A DNA stretch of 63,966 bases, filler included, from Actinomycetota bacterium (GTDB lineage Bacteria; Actinomycetota; CADDZG01; JAHWKV01; JAOPZY01), in the NCBI GenBank assembly GCA_025963875.1. It is 6 parts of 6 records of this genome, joined end to end, with 100 filler letters (N's around TTAATTAATTAA, not from the genome) between each part and the next. Parts side by side here need not be neighbours in the genome. Positions count along the whole stretch, not along the records: positions 52,435 to 61,360 come from JAOPZY010000164.1; positions 61,461 to 63,966 come from JAOPZY010000244.1; 4 more parts are not named here. One strand, given 5' to 3'. Both the position numbers and the translations under genes were made by a program. Numbering within the stretch: position 1 is the first letter of the stretch; the number at the start of each line of letters is the position of its first letter. Shown here piece after piece: positions 57,296 through 63,966 of this stretch. The notes below the pieces were generated by a model. It was not told the origin of the DNA and searched no databases. It saw nothing but the letters and a program-made list of their open reading frames with translations.

Positions 57296-58396
57296 CTACC
57301 GCGAGAGCCGCACCGGCATCGCGATGTAGGTGAACTCGTGGCGGTCCTCCCCCCGCAGGACACCCGGCTTGGTGGGCGACGAGACCTCGAGCACCGCCTT
57401 CTCGCCCTCACAGGCATCGAGGCCGTCTCCCAGGAACCGAGGGTTGAACGCCACGACCATCGTCTCGCCCTCGTACGCTGCCCCCTCCAGGACCTCGTCC
57501 GCCTCGCCGACGCCGGCCTCGACCGCGGTCAGGCGCACCTCGTCCCCCAGATGGATCTTGATCGGCGTATTCGTCCCCGCCACCACGCTGACGCGCTGCA
57601 CCGCCTGGCCGAACTCCCCCCGGTCCACAGACAGCTTGTTGGGGTACCCCTCGGGGACGAGCTGGCGGTACTTCGGGAACTCCCCCTCGATCAACCTCGT
57701 CACGAGGCGGTTCCTCCCCACCTGGCAGACGGCCTGGGCCTCACCGGCCCGGATGGTGACCTCGCTCACCCCGGAGGCCCCGAGATGCCGGCCGAGCTCG
57801 ACCAGCGCCCGTCCCGGCACGATCATCTCCCCCTCGGAAGGTCCCTCCTTGAGCATGACCTCCCGGAGCGCGAGGCGGTAGCTGTCGGTCGCCACCAGGC
57901 GCACCGCCCCCTCGGCGAAGGACCACAGCACACCGGTCAGCACCGGCCGGACCTCGTCAGTGCTCGCCGCCCGGACCACCTGCCTCAGCGCCCGGGCGAG
58001 CTCGGCTGCGTCGGCGGTGGCGGATGACCGGTCGGCCACTTCGGCGAACTCGGGGAAATCCTCGACCGTCAACGTCGTCAGCGAGAACTTGGCCTTCCCG
58101 CCCTGGATGACCGCCTCGCCGCCCTTCGCCTCCAACGACACCCTGCCGGAGGGGAGGCTGCGCAACACCTCACCGAAGAGCTTGCCGGGCAGCACGCACA
58201 CGCCCTCCTCGGGGGTGGCGAACTCCTCGGTCACGGCGACGAACAGCTCCAGGTCGGTGGCCGCCAGCTCCACGGTCCCGTCCTTGGCGGTGATCCGCAC
58301 CCCGCCGAGCACCGGATGGGTTGCCCGTGGCGACACAACGCGAAGCACTGCCTGGCTGCACTCGACCAACGCATCACGATCCGCCTCTAGGTGCAC
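57296..58396 (-). CDS. dnaN: DNA polymerase III beta clamp
   Basis: Motifs ATDLE, RPVLTG, ATDSYRLA, MPVR. AAGGAGG lies 6 nt before the GTG. Confidence 0.96.
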   Translation of the reverse strand: MHLEADRDALVECSQAVLRVVSPRATHPVLGGVRITAKDGTVELAATDLELFVAVTEEFATPEEGVCVLPGKLFGEVLRSLPSGRVSLEAKGGEAVIQGGKAKFSLTTLTVEDFPEFAEVADRSSATADAAELARALRQVVRAASTDEVRPVLTGVLWSFAEGAVRLVATDSYRLALREVMLKEGPSEGEMIVPGRALVELGRHLGASGVSEVTIRAGEAQAVCQVGRNRLVTRLIEGEFPKYRQLVPEGYPNKLSVDRGEFGQAVQRVSVVAGTNTPIKIHLGDEVRLTAVEAGVGEADEVLEGAAYEGETMVVAFNPRFLGDGLDACEGEKAVLEVSSPTKPGVLRGEDRHEFTYIAMPVRLSR

Positions 58397-58429
58397 TTGC
58401 AACCTCCTTGTTGTGAGTCAGGGTAGCGA

Positions 58430-58660
58430 GGGGTACCGACAAAAAGAGCCCCGAAACGCACCGGCGAGGATTTTCGCGGGAAGAAGGATTCTTAGGCTCA
58501 TAGAAGTAGTAGGGGCTGGGGACAGAGTGGATAACCGGTGTTGCCGCAGGTCAGGTGCCACATGCCTCTTGGGACGGACTGGGGCGGAACTATCCACCGC
58601 TGGGGATAAAGGTGTGAATGTTTTCGCGAGGTTCGCGCGGCGTTCATGTTGTTCACAGGT
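58430..58660. other. oriC: oriC (dnaA-dnaN part): DnaA boxes and DnaA-trio unwinding element
   Basis: Minus strand TTATCCACT-CTGTCCCCA-GCCCC-TACTACTTCTA at 58501-58534. Further boxes near 58590, 58601 and 58649. Confidence 0.85.
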
Positions 58661-60047
58661 TCTTGGCACGGGTGCGGATGCGGGAGGTGAGCTCCTGGAT
58701 CTGGGTGTAGGTCGACCGTTGCTCCGCCATGAGGGCTCGGATCTTGGAGGCGGCGTGCATGACCGTGGAGTGGTCGCGGCCTCCGAAACGCTGCCCGATG
58801 CGGGGGAGCGAGAGGTCGGTTAGCTCCCGGCAGAGGTACATGGCGATCTGCCGGGCGGTGGCGACGGTGCGGTTGCGGTTGGGCGAGAGGAGCTCCGCGG
58901 GGCTGATGTTGAAGTAGCGGGAGGTCTCCGCCAGGATCAGCTCCGGGGTGATGCTGCAGGGCCCGCTCTCCGGGTAGAGGTCCTTGAGGACCGTCTCCGC
59001 CAGGTTGAGGGAGATGGGACGGTGGTCCAGGCTGGCGAAGGCGACAACCCGGATGAGCGCACCCTCCAGTTCGCGGATGTTCGACTCGACCCGCGAGGCG
59101 ATGAAGGTGAGGACATCGTCGCTGAGGTTGTCGGCACCGTCGAGAGCAGCCTTCTTGCGGAGGATCGCGATACGGGTCTCGAGGTCGGGAGGCTGGACGT
59201 CGGTGATGAGGCCCCATTCGAAGCGGGATCGGACACGCTCCTCGAGACCGAGCTGCTTGGGGGGCCGGTCCGAGGTGAGGACGAGCTGGCGCTGGGCGTC
59301 GTGGAGGGTGTTGAAGGTGTGGAAGAACTCCTCGACCGTCGCCTCCTTGTGCTCGAGGAACTGGATGTCGTCGACGAGCAGGACGTCGTTCTCCCGGTAG
59401 CGCCGCTTGAAGCCGGCGATGCGGCCGGGGTCGCCGACGGCGTTGATGAAGTCGTTCGTGAACTTCTCGGACGAGACGTAGCAGACGACGGAGTTGGGCT
59501 GGGTCTGCTGGATGTAGTGGCCGATGGCATGCAGGAGGTGCGTCTTGCCGAGGCCGACGCCGCCGTAGATGAAGAGGGGGTTGTAGGCACGGGCGGGAGC
59601 CTCGGCAACGGCGAGTGCCGCGGCGTGAGCGAACCGGTTCGATGCGCCGATGACGTAGGTGTCGAACGTGTAGCGGGGGTTCAGGGCGGATGGCGTCCCC
59701 CGATTGGTCGCGACTGCCTGGTTCGGGAAGTCGGGGGGGGAGTACTGAAAATTGTGCGCGGGTGAGGGCGCCGGCGTGGGATCGATCTGCAGCTCGATGG
59801 GGATATCGGTCAAAGCGGCAGAAGCTACGGCCTGACTGATGAGCGGCAGGTAGCGTGGCTCGAGCCATTCCTTGGCGAAACGGCTGGGGACAAGGAGGAC
59901 GAGACCCGAGGGCTCGAGGTTGCCGGGGCGGATGCCCTGGAACCACGTGCGGAAGATCGGCGTGGAGACCTGCTCGCGGATGACGTCGAGGGCAGCGTCC
60001 CAGATCTGGGGGGCGGACTCGACGGTCATGAGGCGCGAAACCGGCAT
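58653..60047 (-). CDS. dnaA: Chromosomal replication initiator
   Basis: Motifs [39 protein letters not shown]. Confidence 0.98.
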   Translation of the reverse strand: MPVSRLMTVESAPQIWDAALDVIREQVSTPIFRTWFQGIRPGNLEPSGLVLLVPSRFAKEWLEPRYLPLISQAVASAALTDIPIELQIDPTPAPSPAHNFQYSPPDFPNQAVATNRGTPSALNPRYTFDTYVIGASNRFAHAAALAVAEAPARAYNPLFIYGGVGLGKTHLLHAIGHYIQQTQPNSVVCYVSSEKFTNDFINAVGDPGRIAGFKRRYRENDVLLVDDIQFLEHKEATVEEFFHTFNTLHDAQRQLVLTSDRPPKQLGLEERVRSRFEWGLITDVQPPDLETRIAILRKKAALDGADNLSDDVLTFIASRVESNIRELEGALIRVVAFASLDHRPISLNLAETVLKDLYPESGPCSITPELILAETSRYFNISPAELLSPNRNRTVATARQIAMYLCRELTDLSLPRIGQRFGGRDHSTVMHAASKIRALMAEQRSTYTQIQELTSRIRTRAKNL

Positions 60048-60050
60048 CGG

Positions 60051-60178
60051 TTGTCCACAGGAGCGCTTGGACGATAGTCCCAGCCGCGGTAGACGGGCAG
60101 TTCGGCCAGCAGAGAAAAGATGGCGGGCGACGTGGGGCGACAGAGGTTATCCACAGCACCATCCCCAGATGTGGAAAA
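60051..60178. promoter_or_regulatory. DnaA boxes upstream of dnaA
   Basis: TTGTCCACA 60051, TTATCCACA 60147, TGTGGAAAA 60170. Confidence 0.8.
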
Positions 60179-60504
60179 GCGAAATAGGCATAGTCACTGT
60201 TCGGTCCCTCCCCCGGTGAGTTACCATGATGTAATTCGGTGACCCAGCGTCCCAGCCGCGTCATTCGTGCGTCCGGCAAACAGGGGAAGTATTAGGCTAA
60301 TCGCCTAGAAGCCGCGATTGCTACCGGCAGCAATTATATGCACGACGCCCGTCGGCGGACAAGAGCGGGAAGCTCCTCGCGCGCAGTTCCGACAGAGCGG
60401 GACGAAGGCGTTAGAGTAGGTAGCTGGACCGACGGCCGGCCTGCACGCTGAGACAGGGTTCTGCGGCTTCGGCCGGTCCCGGCGGGAGATTTCAGAGGTG
60501 ATCC

Positions 60505-60639
60505 GTGAAGCGAACTTTTCAGCCAAACACACGTCGTCGCAAGAAGACCCACGGGTTCCGCATTCGAATGCGGACGCGAGCGGGCCGCGCGGTGATCTCG
60601 CGTCGCCGGCAAAAGGGCCGGGCGCGCCTCTCCGCATAG
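60505..60639 (+). CDS. rpmH: 50S ribosomal protein L34
   Basis: Manual translation [44 protein letters not shown], 44 aa, below the ORF track cutoff. Confidence 0.97.
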   Translation: MKRTFQPNTRRRKKTHGFRIRMRTRAGRAVISRRRQKGRARLSA

Positions 60640-61100
60640 CCCGAGCCAGGCCACAGCGGCGTGAGTCCCGGGACCGGCTGACCGCACCCCGGGAGTTTCG
60701 GCGTGTGCTGCGTGAGGGCCGTAGCCGGGGAGCCGGAGGGTTGGTGGTACACGTGTGCGAGCGCGGCGAGCGCGAGGCGAGAGCCCCTTTGGGGGATGAC
60801 GTCGGCGCGCCCCCGTTGGCGAAGGAACGGGAAGGCCGCCAGGCCCGCCTCGGCCTGGTCGTGCCGGGTGCCGTGGGCAACGCCGTGGAACGGAATCGGC
60901 TGAAGCGCCAGATCCGGTCCGCCTGGCGAGAGCTCCGTCCGAGGACCGCACCCGTCGACTGCGTCGTCGTTGTGCGGAAGAGGGCGGTGGGTATCGCCTT
61001 CGCGAAGCTTGCGGGTCACCTGGAGAGCTGCCTGGGGTCGCTCGGCGTACTGACGGCGCCGGCGTCGACGTCGGCGAGAGCGGCGAACGAGGCCGTATGA
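60636..61100 (+). CDS. rnpA: RNase P protein component (start uncertain)
   Basis: RL...[24 protein letters not shown] (RNR motif). Confidence 0.88.
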   Translation: MARARPQRRESRDRLTAPREFRRVLREGRSRGAGGLVVHVCERGEREARAPLGDDVGAPPLAKEREGRQARLGLVVPGAVGNAVERNRLKRQIRSAWRELRPRTAPVDCVVVVRKRAVGIAFAKLAGHLESCLGSLGVLTAPASTSARAANEAV

Positions 61101-61360
61101 AGGCCAGCGATGCTGCTCGTTCTGGCTCGATTAGGGTCATTGGGCTATATCGTCGGTTCGTGTCGCCGCTGCTGGGCGCCCACTGCCGGTTCTATCCGTC
61201 GTGCTCCGCGTACGCCCAGGAGGCGCTCGCTGTCCATGGGCTGGCGCGCGGGGGCTGGCTGGCGATCCGGCGGATCGGGCGGTGCCATCCGTGGCACCCT
61301 GGGGGCATCGACCACGTCCCATCCGCCACTTCGCTGACAGCCACTTCGCTGACAGCCACT
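61097..61360 (+). CDS. yidD: Membrane protein insertion efficiency factor (3' truncated)
   Basis: Motifs [24 protein letters not shown]. Confidence 0.93.
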
Positions 61361-61917
61361 NNNNNNNNNNNNNNNNNNNNNNNNNNNNNNNNNNNNNNNN
61401 NNNNTTAATTAATTAANNNNNNNNNNNNNNNNNNNNNNNNNNNNNNNNNNNNNNNNNNNNCCGTCCCCCCCTCACGCCAGGCACCCCGGGGGGTGGGCGG
61501 AAAACTCGTCGCTAATCAAGCTGTCGCAAAACAGCGAGTCGAATCCCAGAGTGGATGCCATTCACCACTCTGAGTGGTGGATCGTCCGCCCAGTGGCTGT
61601 TCCTGCCAATGCTGTGAGAATTCAAAGAGTGCGGGCACCGGGCGGGAAACCGGCCAATTGGTTGGAAAAGGTCGGGCACAAACGGGTGGGCTGGCCACGT
61701 TCCGTGAGCAGTACCGATATTCGTCCCCGACATTCGACGTGACGACATCGGCTGGGACAAGGCCCGAGGGTGGAATTTCGCGACGCCCTGTAATCGGGGA
61801 AAATCTCACCCACTGCGACGTGTTGTGGACGCCAACATGCCCGTGATGAAACTGCCGGCAGACGGCCCCGCAACGGTGCGCCCGTAGCGAGACGAGACTG
61901 TGGCCCGGTCGTGCCCG

Positions 61918-62979
61918 TTAGACGGCTGGCTCCGGCGCCGGTCCGCGGCGACCCGGCAGCATGTTGATCGAAGCCGCCGTGGCCCGTATGGCCGAGTCGC
62001 TCAAGCCGCCCTGCGCAACGGGGTGGGGCGTGTACCCGGTCTCCAGCTCGGCTACCTCGTCGTCGGTCAGTTCGATGTCGAGCGACGCGATTGCGTCGTC
62101 CAGATGCGTGGCCTTGCGCGCGCCGATGATAGGCGCGGATATGACCGGGTTACGCAGCAGCCACGCCAGCGCGATCTGTGCCCGGGATACGCCGCGGGCG
62201 GCTGCGATCGATGCGACCGCCTCGACGATCACCCGGTCGCTTGCCTCCTGGCCGTACAGCATCTTGCCGACGGGGTCGGCCTCCGATCGCTCCGTTGCCT
62301 CGTCCCAATCGCGGGTGAGGCGACCGCGGGCGAGCGGACTCCACGGAATCACGCCAATCTTCTCGTCGGCGCACAACGGCAGCATCTCCCGCTCCTCCTC
62401 CCGGTTGAGCAGGTTGTAGTGGTCCTGCATCGACACAAACCGGACCCAGCCGTGGAGGGTCTGCAGGTGCAGGGCTTTGCTGAACTCCCACGCGTACATC
62501 GAGGAGGCTCCGATGTATCGGGCCTTGCCGGATTTCACGACGTCGTGCAGCGCCTCAAGCGTCTCCTCCATCGGCACCGAGTGATCCAGGCGATGGATCT
62601 GGTAAAGATCGACGTAGTCCGTGCGGAGCCGGCTCAGGCTGGCGTCGATCTCGGTGAAGATCGCTTTGCGTGACAGCCCGCTCCCGTTCGGGCCTGGGCG
62701 CATCGCATGGCGGACCTTCGTGGCGAGGACAGTTTCGTCACGGCTCGCAAAATCCTTCAGGGCGCGTCCGAGGATTTCCTCGCTCGAGCCCTCCGAGTAG
62801 GCGTTCGCGGTGTCGAAGAAGTTGATCCCCGCTTCGATCGCCTGCTTGATCAGGGGCCGGCTCTCGTCCTCCGGCAGCGTCCACGAGGGGTAGCCGCGGT
62901 TCGGCTCTCCGAAGGTCATGCAACCGAGGGCGATCGGGGAGATGTCGACGCCCGTGTTGCCCAGTTTCACGTACCGCAT
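61918..62979 (-). CDS. Aldo/keto reductase
   Basis: Motifs LGCMTFG, FFDTANAY, YVDLYQIHR, PWSPLARG. Confidence 0.93.
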   Translation of the reverse strand: MRYVKLGNTGVDISPIALGCMTFGEPNRGYPSWTLPEDESRPLIKQAIEAGINFFDTANAYSEGSSEEILGRALKDFASRDETVLATKVRHAMRPGPNGSGLSRKAIFTEIDASLSRLRTDYVDLYQIHRLDHSVPMEETLEALHDVVKSGKARYIGASSMYAWEFSKALHLQTLHGWVRFVSMQDHYNLLNREEEREMLPLCADEKIGVIPWSPLARGRLTRDWDEATERSEADPVGKMLYGQEASDRVIVEAVASIAAARGVSRAQIALAWLLRNPVISAPIIGARKATHLDDAIASLDIELTDDEVAELETGYTPHPVAQGGLSDSAIRATAASINMLPGRRGPAPEPAV

Positions 62980-63002
62980 CGTTGTCCTTTCTGCCCGCCG
63001 AC

Positions 63003-63875
63003 CTACCAGGTCGTGATCTCCGGGATGATGTGCTCGCCGTAGGCCGCGACGAGCTCGGGTCCGTCCGGGCCGCGCAGCGAGCCGGTGGCCACCGTGATGC
63101 CCAGGTCGTGCAGCTCGCGCAGCCGGTCGAGCATCTTGTCGGCGCCCTCGCCGTTCTTGCCGAGCTCGAACGGGGTGAGGGCAGTCTTCTCGATGCTGTC
63201 GTAGTCACGACCCAGGTTGGCGCAGTGCTCGCGCAGCACGTCCAGCTTGTGCGCGAGCTCGGGGCCGCCGAACAGGTTGCAGGCATCGGCGTACTGAGCG
63301 ACAAGGCGCAGCGTCTTCCGCTCGCCGGACCCGCCGATGAGGATCCGGGGGCGCGGCGAGCTGAGTGGCTGGGGCGAGTTGAGCGTGCGGCCGAGGTGGT
63401 AGTACCTGCCCTGGTACGGGTCCTCGCTGTCACTCCACATCTGCAGGATGATCTGCAGGGTTTCTTCGAGCCGCTCGAACCGCTCCGCAGTCGGCGGGAA
63501 GGCGAAGCCCAACCCGGCGGATTCCTCGGCATTCCAGGCGGCGCCGATGCCGAGCATGGCCCGGCCACCGGAGAGCACGTCGAGCGTGGTGATGGCCTTG
63601 GCCAGCAGACCGGGCTCCCGGTAGGTGACGCCGGTGACGAGTGTGTTCAGGGTGATCGTGCTGGTGTGCGCGGCGAGGAAGCCGAGCGTCGTGTAGGCCT
63701 CGAGCATCTCGTGCTCCGGCGGGCCGATCACCGAGATCTGCCAGAAGTGGTCCATGACGCTGAGCCGGGTGAAGCCGGCCTGTTCGGCATCGTGGGCTAT
63801 GCGTGCGAGCGTCGGTGCGAGCGCCGGCACACCGCCGCGCCAGGTGAAGTCCGGGACGTGCAGACCGAGTTCCAT
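63003..63875 (-). CDS. LLM-class F420-dependent oxidoreductase
   Basis: Motifs VMDHFWQI, LVTGVTYR, LDVLSGGR, GGSGERKTL. Confidence 0.9.
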   Translation of the reverse strand: MELGLHVPDFTWRGGVPALAPTLARIAHDAEQAGFTRLSVMDHFWQISVIGPPEHEMLEAYTTLGFLAAHTSTITLNTLVTGVTYREPGLLAKAITTLDVLSGGRAMLGIGAAWNAEESAGLGFAFPPTAERFERLEETLQIILQMWSDSEDPYQGRYYHLGRTLNSPQPLSSPRPRILIGGSGERKTLRLVAQYADACNLFGGPELAHKLDVLREHCANLGRDYDSIEKTALTPFELGKNGEGADKMLDRLRELHDLGITVATGSLRGPDGPELVAAYGEHIIPEITTW

Positions 63876-63966
63876 GCGACTGGGCCTCCTTTTGCCTGAG
63901 CCTGGTCTGAAGTTGGGAGGCTATCGCGCAAATACGCGCGCTGGGCTCCCAACTTCCTCACCCGGC

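Noticed and set aside
61325..61360. GCCACTTCGCTGACA tandem repeat at the end of yidD
   Set aside because: Only about 2.4 copies at a contig end. Probably a short VNTR or an assembly break, and not interpretable.
61461..61900. Long non-coding stretch with the palindrome CACCACTCTGAGTGGTG
   Set aside because: No riboswitch or ncRNA consensus recognised. It is probably the upstream region of a gene beyond the contig edge.

Overview
This is high-GC Actinomycetota DNA, probably a metagenome bin. It consists of six contigs joined by artificial 100-nt N/TTAATTAATTAA spacers (1-5990, 6091-20138, 20239-43384, 43485-52334, 52435-61360, 61461-63966), so adjacency across spacers is not biological. Core content: biotin carboxylase-BCCP, a thiolase-like pair, a Tad/Flp pilus locus, a TPP-riboswitch thiO-thiS-thiG operon, a sortase flanked by two paralogous surface proteins, metH, F420 biosynthesis genes (fbiC, cofD, cofE), sigma factors, a sugar ABC transporter, and the replication-origin region (gyrA-gyrB-dciA-recF-dnaN-oriC-dnaA / rpmH-rnpA-yidD). 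An accessory island at about 33.3-41.1 kb looks like a decaying actinomycete integrative element. It carries an XRE-Nudix module, a frameshifted HTH/Nudix-like plus cupin operon, a Pra-like activator and an ETX/MTX2 (aerolysin-fold) pore-forming toxin-like gene. The most interesting candidates are that toxin-like gene, the sortase cassette with a non-canonical sorting signal, a ThiS ending in GG-AA, a possible rpmH-inside-rnpA overlap, and a family of roughly 48-bp intergenic hairpins. All family assignments come from motif recognition by eye; no database searches were run.
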